DNA of 64,000 nt, from NCBI GenBank assembly GCA_965216675.1, contig CBDCGK010000004.1:4482398-4546397 (forward strand), given 5' to 3'. The notes under the pieces were generated by a model. It was given only the letters and a program-made list of their open reading frames with translations, did no database searches and was not told where the DNA came from. Every line of letters begins with the position of its first letter. Position 1 is the stretch's first letter. Positions 50,688 to 59,909 of the stretch are shown one piece after another. Origin of the DNA: Acidimicrobiales bacterium (GTDB lineage Bacteria > Actinomycetota > Acidimicrobiia > Acidimicrobiales > SZUA-35). The translations under genes were made by a program, and so were the position numbers.

Positions 50688-51512
50688 ATGGCAACCTCCG
50701 AGCAGGCTTCGACGCCGCCCCCTCGTGACATCTATACCCACGGTCATCACGGCGGCGTGTTGCGGTCCCACACCTGGCGCACCGTCGAGAACTCGGCCGC
50801 CTACCTGGTTCCCCATCTTCGGCCCGGTTCGACGCTGCTCGACGTCGGTTGCGGACCGGGCACCATCACCGCCGATCTGGCTGACCGGCTCTCGCCGGGG
50901 CGTGTCGTCGGCGTCGACGTCGCCCCCGGCATCGTCGAGCAGGCGCAGACCGGGTTCGCAGCTGAAAACCTCGCCTTTCGGGTCGACGACTGCTACCGGC
51001 TGTCGTTCGACGACAACTCGTTCGACATCGTGCACGCTCACCAGGTTCTCCAGCATCTGAGCGACCCGGTGGCCGCGCTGACCGAGATGAAACGGGTGGT
51101 GAAAGCCGACGGGGTGGTCGCAGTGCGCGACGCCGACTACGCGGGCATGTTCTGGTATCCCCGGCTGCCCGGCCTCGACCGCTGGATGGAGCTCTACCAG
51201 GCGGTGGCCCGCCACAATAAAGCCGAGCCCGACGCCGGCCGCCGGCTGGTGAGCTGGGCCCGGGCCGCCGGTTTCGGTGCGATCACACCGTCGGCGTCGA
51301 CCTGGTGTTTCGCCACGGCGGAGGATCGACGATGGTGGGGCGGGTTGTGGAGCCAGCGGGTCCAGGAGTCCGCGCTGGCCGCCCAGGCGATCGACTACGG
51401 CCTGGCCGACGGAGCCGATCTGGCCGCCATCGGCGGCGCCTGGGTCGACTGGCTGGAGCACCCCGACGCCTGGTTCGCGGTGGTGAACGGCGAGGTGATA
51501 CTCCAGCCGTAG
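50688..51512 (+). CDS. Class I SAM-dependent methyltransferase
   Basis: LLDVGCGPGTIT, FDIVHAHQVLQH. Confidence 0.88.
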   Translation: MATSEQASTPPPRDIYTHGHHGGVLRSHTWRTVENSAAYLVPHLRPGSTLLDVGCGPGTITADLADRLSPGRVVGVDVAPGIVEQAQTGFAAENLAFRVDDCYRLSFDDNSFDIVHAHQVLQHLSDPVAALTEMKRVVKADGVVAVRDADYAGMFWYPRLPGLDRWMELYQAVARHNKAEPDAGRRLVSWARAAGFGAITPSASTWCFATAEDRRWWGGLWSQRVQESALAAQAIDYGLADGADLAAIGGAWVDWLEHPDAWFAVVNGEVILQP

Positions 51513-51597
51513 CACGACGGTGGCCGGGTGAGTGAACTCTCCATTTTTGGTGTTTCAACGGGCGTCGATGCAACGGCGATGTTAGGTTTGTTGACCG

Positions 51598-52401
51598 ATG
51601 AGAATATGCATCTTCGGCCTCGGGGAAGCAGGCTCCCTGTTTGCGGCCGATCTAGCCACCGCAGGAGCCGACGTGATCGGCTTCGATCCCGCCGACGTCC
51701 CCACTCCTCCGGGAGTCAACAGAGCTGTTCACCCGGCGCTTGCCGTCCGCCACGCCGAGTTGATCCTGGGTCTCACCAGCGAGGCCGACTCGAAGCTGGC
51801 GATGCTGCAGGCGATCGAGGCGATCGCCCCCGACGCACTGTATGCCGACCTGGCCACCAGCTCGCCGGTCGTCAAACTGGACCTGGAGGAGATGGCCCAG
51901 CGAAAGGGCTTCGGTTTCGCCGATGTCGCGCTGCTGGCCATGGTTCCCGGTCACGGGTTGGCCACTCCGAGCCTGGCCTCGGGCCCCGGGGCGCATCGTT
52001 ACGCCCAGATCATCAATCCTCTCGGCGGCTATGTCGAGCCCCTTGCCGCGGCCACCGGCGTCGCGGCTGGCCGCAAGCTGATGCGCAGCGTGATGATGAA
52101 GGGATTCGCCGCCGTCATCCTGGAGGCTGTTGAGGCCGGTGCCGCCGCCGACGACCTGAGCTGGCTGTGGCGCAACCTCACCTCCGAGATCGAGCGGGCC
52201 GACGAGGACTGGCTGCGCCGCATGGTGCTCGGCTCGAAGGTCCACGCCCGCCGCCGACACGGTGAGATGGTCAGCGCCGCGGCCATGCTCCACGCGCTCG
52301 GTGTCGACCCGATCATGACTTCGGCCACAACGGCCAGCCTGGCCACGCTTCTTGTCGACGATGTCGAGTTACCGGAGCTTCCCGACAACCAACCGGCCTG
52401 A
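51598..52401 (+). CDS. NAD(P)-dependent oxidoreductase (3-hydroxyisobutyrate/6PGD-like, DUF1932)
   Basis: GLGEAG, KLMRSVMMKG, HARRRHGEM. Confidence 0.8.
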   Translation: MRICIFGLGEAGSLFAADLATAGADVIGFDPADVPTPPGVNRAVHPALAVRHAELILGLTSEADSKLAMLQAIEAIAPDALYADLATSSPVVKLDLEEMAQRKGFGFADVALLAMVPGHGLATPSLASGPGAHRYAQIINPLGGYVEPLAAATGVAAGRKLMRSVMMKGFAAVILEAVEAGAAADDLSWLWRNLTSEIERADEDWLRRMVLGSKVHARRRHGEMVSAAAMLHALGVDPIMTSATTASLATLLVDDVELPELPDNQPA

Positions 52402-52441
52402 CCTGTCCGCCTGACCAACCCCGGTTCCGGTCAACGTCCCA

Positions 52442-52529
52442 CCGAACTTTGAGCCGCCGGCGACCTTCTTGGGGGTCGCCACACGCTCAAACTTCGGTGG
52501 AGGTGGGTCGCTGGGAGCTCAAAGTTCGG
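52442..52529. repeat. REP-like palindromic repeat cluster, copy 1
   Basis: GAACTTTGAGC..CGACC followed by two inverted units GGGTCGC..GCTCAAA(C/G)TTC. Same layout at 63831-63916. Confidence 0.75.
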
Positions 52530-53196
52530 GTGGGGCGGCGAGGCTCCAGCGGACCTCGAGGTCGACCTGTTCGACGAGGCTTCCGCCTTCGATCGGCATC
52601 GAAGCCTCGGCGGCCAGCATCGCCCGTCCGGCGATCGGTGGACCGGGACGGTGGCCGGGCGCACCTTCCCGGATGGACCGGACGGCGCCGAGGGAGGCGC
52701 CCGCGAGATCGGCCAGCTGGGCGGCCTTCGACCGGGCATCGGCGAACGCCAGGCGACGGGCCTCGGTGCGGGCTGCGGTCCGGTCGCCACAGTCGAACTC
52801 CAGGCCGTGCAGTTCGAGACCCTCGCCGACGATGTCGAACAATCCGTCGACAGCCGCCTGAGCCCGAGTCAGATCACCGCGAAAGGTCGCGGTCAAGGTG
52901 GTCCCCACGGCAAACTCGACCGGGCCCGGTCGGTCGTGGCGGTGACGGATCGTATGGACCGTCAACTGCGACGTCTGGAGGTCAGCGGGGGAGACACCGG
53001 CCTCGAACAGGTGATCGCGCGCCGCGCTTGCCTTCGTCGCCACCGCCGACCGGGCCGAGGCGAGAGACCGGTCCTGCCACCGGACGCTCACCGACAGCGA
53101 CGCGATATCGGGCTCGACGAGAACCGAACCCGAACCGCCGACCGCGATACCTCCTCGCCGCCCCGGTCTCCGGTCACCTCCACGATCGTCATCCAT
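52519..53196 (-). CDS. SIMPL/DUF541-domain protein
   Basis: VGGSGSVLVEPDIA, DLQTS, AFADARSKAAQLA..LGAVRSIRE, PIEGG. Confidence 0.82.
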   Translation of the reverse strand: MDDDRGGDRRPGRRGGIAVGGSGSVLVEPDIASLSVSVRWQDRSLASARSAVATKASAARDHLFEAGVSPADLQTSQLTVHTIRHRHDRPGPVEFAVGTTLTATFRGDLTRAQAAVDGLFDIVGEGLELHGLEFDCGDRTAARTEARRLAFADARSKAAQLADLAGASLGAVRSIREGAPGHRPGPPIAGRAMLAAEASMPIEGGSLVEQVDLEVRWSLAAPPEL

Positions 53197-53279
53197 GCCG
53201 CCTTGATAGCACAGGCCACGTTGTCGTGACGTTCGGGACGCGACCGGAGCCGGCGGCCCGGTGTGGATAGCCTGAGCCC

Positions 53280-54809
53280 GTGTCCTCGCTCACCGCCCGC
53301 GCCCTGGTCTTCATCTCATCGGCCGCCGTGCTCATGCTCGAGATCCTGGCTGGTAGGTTGATGGCCCCCTACGTCGGGGTCAGCCTCGAGACCTTCACCG
53401 GGGTGATCGGAACGATTCTGGCCGCCATTGCCCTCGGCTCCTGGGTCGGGGGCCTGCTCGCCGATCGCCGCGATCCGTCGCGACTGCTCGGGCCGGCGTT
53501 CATGTTCGGCGGCGTTCTCGCCCTGCTGGCGCCAACGCTGACGGCCGCCTTCGGTTCGGCGTTACGAGGCCAGGGGGCGGTGGCCGTGGTCGTGCTGACG
53601 GTGTTCGGTTTCTTCGCGCCGGCCGCGGTCCTGTCGACCGTCACCCCGCTCGTGGTCAAGTTGAGGCTCGAGTCACTGGAGCAGACCGGTGAGGTGGTCG
53701 GTTCGTTCTCAGCCGTCGGCACCGCGGGCGCACTGTTCGGGACCTTCGTCACCGGCTTCGTGCTGTTGGCGACACTGCCGACGCGTCCAATCGTGTTGGC
53801 GGTCGGCCTTGTTCTCGTCGGCATCGGGATCGGGCTCACACTCCGGGGTCGTCGGTTCCGCCTCGACAGGGACCCCGACGATTCCGACGGTGGGAACGAC
53901 CGCTCACCGGCCGAAAGAGACATCGGTCCGGCTGCCGCGGGCGCCGGGCTCGCAGCGCTGCTCCTCGTCGTCGCCCCGGGACCGTGCGAGTGGGAGACGA
54001 CCTACTCGTGCGTCACGGTCGTCGTCGACGACGACAACCCGACCGGCCGCACCTTGCAGCTCGATGTTCTGTCGCACAGCTACGTCGACCTCGACGACCC
54101 GCTCAACCTGCGGTTCCGCTACATCCGCGACTTCGTGTCGGCCATCGACGCCATCGCCCCCGATGGACCGCTCCACACCCTCGGCGTCGGAGGTGGTGGG
54201 TTCACGATGCCCCGCTACCTGGCCGCGGCCCGGCCTGGATCAACCAACGTCGTGTTCGAAATCGACGACGCCCTGGTCGACATCGGTGTCGACGAGCTCG
54301 GTCTGGACCCGGCGACGGTCGGCCTCACCGTCGAGACCGATGACGCCAGGATGGCCCTTCCCCGATACCTCGCCGATGAACCGCAGCCGTTCGACGTCGT
54401 CGTCGGCGATGCCTTCGGCGGGATGTCGGTGCCATGGCACCTGACGACCGTCGAGTTCCTCACCCTGCTGAAGTCGTCGATGGCCTCCGACGGTGTGTAT
54501 GTGATGAACGTCATCGACTACGGCGACCGGGCATTCGCCCGGGCCGAAATCGCCACGGCGCAGGAGCTGTTCGACGAGGTCGTCGTGATCGCTCCCGATC
54601 GATATGTGAATGGTGATGGCGGCGGCAACTACGTGATCGTCGCCACGGACGAGACCGTCGATCCGGTGGCCATCGAGGTCAACCTGGCCGCCTGGGACTC
54701 GGAGTCGTCGGTCCACCACGGCTCCGAGCTGCGACGGTTCGTCGGTGACGCCCATGTGCTGACCGATGATTTCGCCCCCGTCGACACGCTGCTGACCCAG
54801 GCCCGCTGA
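53280..54809 (+). CDS. Fused membrane (MFS-like) and spermidine synthase-like methyltransferase protein
   Basis: LEILAGRLMAPYVG, GTAGALFGTF, GGGGFTMPR, EID, DAF..VPWHLTTVEF, LTDDFAPVD. Confidence 0.85.
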   Translation: MSSLTARALVFISSAAVLMLEILAGRLMAPYVGVSLETFTGVIGTILAAIALGSWVGGLLADRRDPSRLLGPAFMFGGVLALLAPTLTAAFGSALRGQGAVAVVVLTVFGFFAPAAVLSTVTPLVVKLRLESLEQTGEVVGSFSAVGTAGALFGTFVTGFVLLATLPTRPIVLAVGLVLVGIGIGLTLRGRRFRLDRDPDDSDGGNDRSPAERDIGPAAAGAGLAALLLVVAPGPCEWETTYSCVTVVVDDDNPTGRTLQLDVLSHSYVDLDDPLNLRFRYIRDFVSAIDAIAPDGPLHTLGVGGGGFTMPRYLAAARPGSTNVVFEIDDALVDIGVDELGLDPATVGLTVETDDARMALPRYLADEPQPFDVVVGDAFGGMSVPWHLTTVEFLTLLKSSMASDGVYVMNVIDYGDRAFARAEIATAQELFDEVVVIAPDRYVNGDGGGNYVIVATDETVDPVAIEVNLAAWDSESSVHHGSELRRFVGDAHVLTDDFAPVDTLLTQAR

Positions 54810-54851
54810 CGCCGGCTTCGTGTGCTTCGATGGGGAGCTATGGTGGCGGCC

Positions 54852-55694
54852 ATGGGACGTCACGCCATCAAAACCCCACCTCACCACGCCACCTGGCCGG
54901 AGTTTCTCGACCTGTGGCGGGCGGCCGACGACATCGAGATCTACGAGTCCGCCTGGAACTGGGATCACTTCTACCCGCTCGCCCCACCCTACGAGGGTCC
55001 GAACCTCGAAGGCTGGACGATGCTGGCGGCCCTGGCCCAGGCCACCACCCGAATCCGCATCGGCTGCATGGTGAACGGCATGCATCACCGGCATCCGGCG
55101 GTGACGGCCAACATGATCGCCACCGTCGATCACATCTCCAACGGTCGTTTCGAGTTCGGTATCGGGGCCGGCTGGAACGAGATGGAGACCGACGCGTACG
55201 GCCTCGACCTGGGTTCGCTCAAGGAGCGGTCCGACCGGTTGGAGGAAGGCCTAGAAGTGATCGTCTCGCTGCTGGCCAACGAGGTGACCAACCACTCCGG
55301 TACCCATTTCCAGCTCACCGACGCCCGCTGCGAACCCAAGTGCCTCCAGCAGCCCTACGCCCCGATCGTCGTCGGCGGCAAGGGGCGCAAACGAACGCTG
55401 CGCACGGCGGCCCGCATGGCCGACCAGTGGGACATGACCTTCCCGGAGACCCCGGCCGCCTGGTCGGAGCTCAACGCTGTACTCATCGGTCACTGCGCCG
55501 ATGTCGGCCGAGATTCCGACGAGATCACCCGCAGTGTGCATCTCGGTTTCGACCCCGACGACGATCCGGTGCGCCTGTCGGCTCGAGCCGACGAGTTCTT
55601 CGCCGCCGGCGTCGATGTGGTGGTCTGGTCGATGCGGGGACCGGTCGAGGCCCGACGGATCGAGTCGCTGGCCGAGGCACTGGCTGCAGGCTGA
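54852..55694 (+). CDS. LLM-class (probably F420-dependent) oxidoreductase
   Basis: WNWDHFYP, EGWTMLAALA, RHPAVTANM..DHISNGR, GAGW. TATGGT lies 7 nt before the ATG. Confidence 0.85.
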   Translation: MGRHAIKTPPHHATWPEFLDLWRAADDIEIYESAWNWDHFYPLAPPYEGPNLEGWTMLAALAQATTRIRIGCMVNGMHHRHPAVTANMIATVDHISNGRFEFGIGAGWNEMETDAYGLDLGSLKERSDRLEEGLEVIVSLLANEVTNHSGTHFQLTDARCEPKCLQQPYAPIVVGGKGRKRTLRTAARMADQWDMTFPETPAAWSELNAVLIGHCADVGRDSDEITRSVHLGFDPDDDPVRLSARADEFFAAGVDVVVWSMRGPVEARRIESLAEALAAG

Positions 55695-55722
55695 GTCGAC
55701 CGAGTCGGTCGGGGACTGGTGG

Positions 55723-56169
55723 TCAGCCGGCCCTGGTCGGTTTGACGAAGAAACGAACCCGCCAGTCGGGGCGGCTCTCGTCGTTGATCGTCAGGGCGAA
55801 GGCATAGCTGCGACCGCCGGCCAGGCGGAACGGCGACAGGTTGATGGCAAGCGACACGCCCAGCGGCGAACCCGGCTGCAGGCCGGCGGGGCGGCCGGCT
55901 TCGAAACGCCCCCGCATCAGAACCGGCTTCTCGTTGACGACGACGGGCTGACCGTCCTCATCGATGAGCTCGATCTGCCACTCGTGTGCGATGTTCGCCC
56001 GATCCCAGGGCACGGTGATCTGGAGGGCGATGGCCAGCGGCTGAGGTTTCGGACCGATGGAGGCGAGGCCGCCGCCCAGAACGAACAGCTTGCCGCCGGC
56101 CACCTGGGCGGCGTCGCACAACAGCATGTCGACCGTCAAGCCGCTCCGAGAGAGGAATTCGTTGTCCAT
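55723..56169 (-). CDS. Conserved hypothetical protein (DUF6941-like)
   Basis: MLLCDAAQVAGGKLFVLGGG, LIDEDGQPV. Confidence 0.7.
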   Translation of the reverse strand: MDNEFLSRSGLTVDMLLCDAAQVAGGKLFVLGGGLASIGPKPQPLAIALQITVPWDRANIAHEWQIELIDEDGQPVVVNEKPVLMRGRFEAGRPAGLQPGSPLGVSLAINLSPFRLAGGRSYAFALTINDESRPDWRVRFFVKPTRAG

Positions 56170-56292
56170 GGATCTCCGTCGTACGCTGGCGTTTCGTCTG
56201 CCAACGTAGCGTGACAACCCGACGATCCGCCCGGTTGACGACGACGAAACGACCCGGGTCGCCTCGGTGTCGAGTGCTGTTCGAGACGGCGC

Positions 56293-56571
56293 TCAGATCT
56301 GGTCCGGGGGCTGCTGGTCGGTGATGACCTCGCGTTCCCGCTGCACCATCGGCCGGCCGTCGACGATCGACTCGCGATCGGTCTGGACGACTGTCCTGCG
56401 ACCGAAAGCCGACATTGCCAGCGTCACCAGGCCGAGGCCGATGCCAACGACGAAGAGAATGACGCCGACCTGGTTGATGTCGATGCCTTCGGCCTGGGCG
56501 GTCACAGCCCAGGCGAGGATGGCTCCGACGGCGATGAGGAGGGCACTCAGGCCCAATCCACTGGTTCTCAT
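56293..56571 (-). CDS. Small two-TM actinobacterial membrane protein (DUF6458-like)
   Basis: LIAVGAILAWAV..GIDINQVGVIL. GGAGG RBS. Confidence 0.72.
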   Translation of the reverse strand: MRTSGLGLSALLIAVGAILAWAVTAQAEGIDINQVGVILFVVGIGLGLVTLAMSAFGRRTVVQTDRESIVDGRPMVQREREVITDQQPPDQI

Positions 56572-56724
56572 GATTGCCTCCGGCATGGATACGCGAACTG
56601 GCGCGGTCGGTCATACCCGCCGTGCGCCGTCTCAAACCTCGACGAGATGCGGGCCTTCCAGGATTGAGACGGATCTGTAACCAAAAAAGGTGAACGAAAT
56701 CGGCCGCCGACTCGTCTAGTAACC

Positions 56725-57105
56725 ATGAGACCGACCGATCCCGCTGAGCGTCGCAGGGTTCGGGTGCAGTATGTTCCCCGAGGCTTTGGACTGGCGCTGA
56801 CCATTTCCGATGAGACGAGTTCCGACGAATCCACGTCCGGTGAATCGATGTCCGGTGGCCCGTCGGCTGAACAGCAGGCGGCGGCCAACCGGGTCACGAT
56901 CGACCGTGCCGCCGGTGACAGTGCCGCCGATGATGATGCCGTTCCGGCCGACGTCGATCTCACCGACATCGAGACGAACGACGGCTACCTGACCGTGGTG
57001 GCCTCCGGCGTCACCACGCTCGAACTGCGCCGGCCGGACGGTCAGTCGTCCCTGCTCATCTGGGACGAATCAGAGGTGGCCTGGGATTCCCTGCGGGCTG
57101 TCTAG
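56725..57105 (+). CDS. Hypothetical acidic protein
   Basis: Fills the gap between neighbours with plausible codon usage. No recognisable motif. Confidence 0.5.
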   Translation: MRPTDPAERRRVRVQYVPRGFGLALTISDETSSDESTSGESMSGGPSAEQQAAANRVTIDRAAGDSAADDDAVPADVDLTDIETNDGYLTVVASGVTTLELRRPDGQSSLLIWDESEVAWDSLRAV

Positions 57106-57181
57106 CCGTTCCGCGGTTTCCCAGCACAGGTTCTCGATGGTCTGAGCACCACAAGTACGGTCACGACACTAGCCTGACGCC

Positions 57182-57997
57182 ATGACGACTGGTCCTCTCC
57201 GGTTGGGCGGCGTTCCCGAACACTTCAATCTGCCCTGGCACCTGGCAATCGAGTCGGAGACGCTCGCCGATCTCGATCCGGTCTGGACCGATCAACCGGG
57301 CGGAACCGGGCAGATGCTCACCCGCCTGGCCGACGGCGAACTCGACATCGTCAGCATCCTGACCGAGGGCACCGTGCGAGCGATCGCCAAGGGACTACCG
57401 GTCACCATCATCCAGATCTACGTCGAATCGGCGCTGCAGTGGGGCGTGTTCGTCCCCGGCCCGTCGGCCATCGGCCACGAATCCGAGCTGGACGGTGCCC
57501 GCATCGCCGTCTCCCGCTTCGGTTCCGGCTCACACCTCATGGCCTACATCCAGGCCGAACGGATGGGTTGGTCGATCGATCCCGAACAGTTCGTGGTGGT
57601 GAAGGACCTCGCCGGTGCGATCGATGCGTTCGCCGCCGGTGAAGCCGACCTGTTTCTGTGGGATCAGTTCATGACCAGCCCGCTGGTCGCCGACGGCCGG
57701 TTCCGTCAGGTCGGGGTGCAGGAGACCCCGTGGCCGTCGTTCGTGATCGCCGCCCGCAACGAGATCCTCACCGGCCGAACCACCGCCGTCGGGCGGGTGG
57801 TCGACGCCGTCGTCGATGCCGCTGGAGCGTTCACGGCCCGTGACGACGGCCCCGACATCGTGGCCGATCGCTACGGGATCGACACCGATCAGGCCAAGGC
57901 GTGGTTCGCCGCCACCACCTTCGCCGAACGGGGGCCGATGGAACCCGACATCGCCACCGAGGTGTTGGCTACTCTGGAGCGGGCCGGGCTGACCTGA
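57182..57997 (+). CDS. Type 2 periplasmic-binding-fold protein (NMT1/THI5-like), no signal peptide
   Basis: GGVPEHFNLPW, PGGTGQM, LTEG, SRFGSGSHLM, FLWDQFMT, TPWPSFVIA. Confidence 0.78.
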   Translation: MTTGPLRLGGVPEHFNLPWHLAIESETLADLDPVWTDQPGGTGQMLTRLADGELDIVSILTEGTVRAIAKGLPVTIIQIYVESALQWGVFVPGPSAIGHESELDGARIAVSRFGSGSHLMAYIQAERMGWSIDPEQFVVVKDLAGAIDAFAAGEADLFLWDQFMTSPLVADGRFRQVGVQETPWPSFVIAARNEILTGRTTAVGRVVDAVVDAAGAFTARDDGPDIVADRYGIDTDQAKAWFAATTFAERGPMEPDIATEVLATLERAGLT

Positions 57998-58082
57998 CGG
58001 GTCGGTGCCGGCCGGCCGCCGGGAGTCTCCGGCCGGCAGACGTTCGACCAGCCGGCTTCACCCCCGGCCAAAGGAGCATGTC

Positions 58083-58610
58083 GTGGGCTACGTACCACCG
58101 TTCAACTTCCAGAAGTGGATCGACGAGCACGCGGACGAGTTGAAGCCGCCGGTGGCCAACAAACAGATCTGGCCCGGCACCGACATGATCGTGATGGTCG
58201 TCGGTGGCGGAAACGTGCGAACCGATTACCACGACGACCCCCGCGAGGAGTTCTTCTACCAGCTGAAGGGCGACATGATCCTGAGGGTTCGCGAACCCGG
58301 CGAGCCGCCGACCGACCTGCACATCCGCGAGGGTGAGGTGTTCCTGCTGCCCGCCAACCTTCGGCATTCCCCCCAGCGGCCCCAGCTCGGCTCCATCGGC
58401 CTCGTCGTCGAATACGCCCGCTCGGAAGGCGAACTGGACGGTTTCGAGTGGTACTGCCCGGATTGCAACAACCTGCTGCACCGGGTCGAGGTGCAGATGA
58501 AGCAGATCGACAAGGATCTCCCGCCGCTGTTCGAGGCGTTCTACGCCGATCTCGACGCCCGAACCTGCGACAACTGCGGCACCGTGCACCCGGCGCCGGG
58601 TGACGAGTAG
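58083..58610 (+). CDS. nbaC: 3-hydroxyanthranilate 3,4-dioxygenase
   Basis: LKPPVANK, VGGGNVRTDYH..EEFFYQ, HSPQR, WYCPDC..TCDNCG. AAGGAG RBS. Confidence 0.93.
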   Translation: MGYVPPFNFQKWIDEHADELKPPVANKQIWPGTDMIVMVVGGGNVRTDYHDDPREEFFYQLKGDMILRVREPGEPPTDLHIREGEVFLLPANLRHSPQRPQLGSIGLVVEYARSEGELDGFEWYCPDCNNLLHRVEVQMKQIDKDLPPLFEAFYADLDARTCDNCGTVHPAPGDE

Positions 58611-58619
58611 TCGCCGGCG

Positions 58620-59909
58620 ATGGACTTCCAGCCCGAAAGCCATCTCTCGGCCGACGGGGCGGCCGAACTCGATGACGCCGATCCGTCGACTGCGTTGCGA
58701 GCCGAATTCGCCATTCCCCGCCACGCCGATGGCTCCGACAAGGTCTATCTCGTCGGCAACTCGCTCGGCCTCCAGTCGAGACGCACGAGGGCCGAAGTCG
58801 AGCGGGAGCTCGATCGTTGGGCCGAGCTGGGTGCCGACGGCCACCTCGAGGGTGAGTCGGCCTGGATGCCGTATCACGAGCTGTTGACCGAACCGATGTC
58901 GATGATCGTCGGTGGCCGGCCCGAGGAGGTGGTGGTGATGAACACCCTCACCGTCAACCTCCACCTGCAGATGATCAGCTTCTACCGACCGACGCCGCAG
59001 CGACACAAGATCCTCATCGAGGATCACGCGTTTCCGTCCGACCACTTCGCCGTCGAGTCCCAGATCCGTCAGCGGGGCTACGATCCGGCCTCCTCGCTGA
59101 TCACCGTGGCCCCCCGCCCCGGGTCCGATCTGCTCGATCCGGCCGACATCATGACCGCCATCGAAACCCACGGTGACGAGCTGGCCCTCGTGTTGCTGCC
59201 CGGGGTGCAGTACTACACCGGACAGGTCCTGCCCATGGCCGACATAACCCGGGCCGGCCACGCCGTCGGGGCCCACGTCGGGTTCGATCTCGCCCACGCC
59301 GCCGGCAACATCCCGCTCGAACTGCACGATTGGGGTGTCGACTTCGCATCCTGGTGCACCTACAAGTACCTCAACAGCGGACCGGGTGGTATCGCCGGCT
59401 TCTTCGTGCACAACCGCCACGTCGCCGATCAGTCGCTGCCCAAGTTCCTCGGTTGGTGGGGCACCAACAAGTCGACCCGATTCCAGATGGAGACCGACTT
59501 CGATCCGATACCGACCGTGGAGTCGTGGCAGATCTCCAACCCGCCGGTGTTGGCGTTGGCCGCCCTGCGAGGCTCGCTGGCGACCTTCGACGCCGCCGGT
59601 GGTATGACCGCGCTGCGGGGCCGATCGGAACGCCAGGTCGCCTACATGGACGCCGCGTTGGCCCACGTGCTCGGCGACCGGGTCACGTCGATAACCCCGA
59701 CCCCGATGCCGGAACGGGGCTGCCAGTTCGCCCTGCGGATCACCGCGCCGGACCATCCCGGCAAGGTGGTGCAGGCTGCGCTGGAGGAGTCGGGGGTGGC
59801 CTGTGACTGGCGGTATCCCGACGTGATCCGGGTTGCTCCGGTGCCGCTCTACAACACCTTCGGTGACATCTGGCGGTTCACCCAGATCCTCGACGGCATC
59901 CTCCGATGA
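58620..59909 (+). CDS. kynU: Kynureninase
   Basis: YLVGNSLGLQ, MNTLTVNLHL, AFPSD, DLAHAAGN, WCTYKYLNSGPG, GWWG, APVPLYN. Confidence 0.95.
   Translation: MDFQPESHLSADGAAELDDADPSTALRAEFAIPRHADGSDKVYLVGNSLGLQSRRTRAEVERELDRWAELGADGHLEGESAWMPYHELLTEPMSMIVGGRPEEVVVMNTLTVNLHLQMISFYRPTPQRHKILIEDHAFPSDHFAVESQIRQRGYDPASSLITVAPRPGSDLLDPADIMTAIETHGDELALVLLPGVQYYTGQVLPMADITRAGHAVGAHVGFDLAHAAGNIPLELHDWGVDFASWCTYKYLNSGPGGIAGFFVHNRHVADQSLPKFLGWWGTNKSTRFQMETDFDPIPTVESWQISNPPVLALAALRGSLATFDAAGGMTALRGRSERQVAYMDAALAHVLGDRVTSITPTPMPERGCQFALRITAPDHPGKVVQAALEESGVACDWRYPDVIRVAPVPLYNTFGDIWRFTQILDGILR

Noticed and set aside
52442-52529. Mini CRISPR array
   Set aside because: Units are in mixed orientation with very short gaps, there are no unique spacers, and no cas genes are present.
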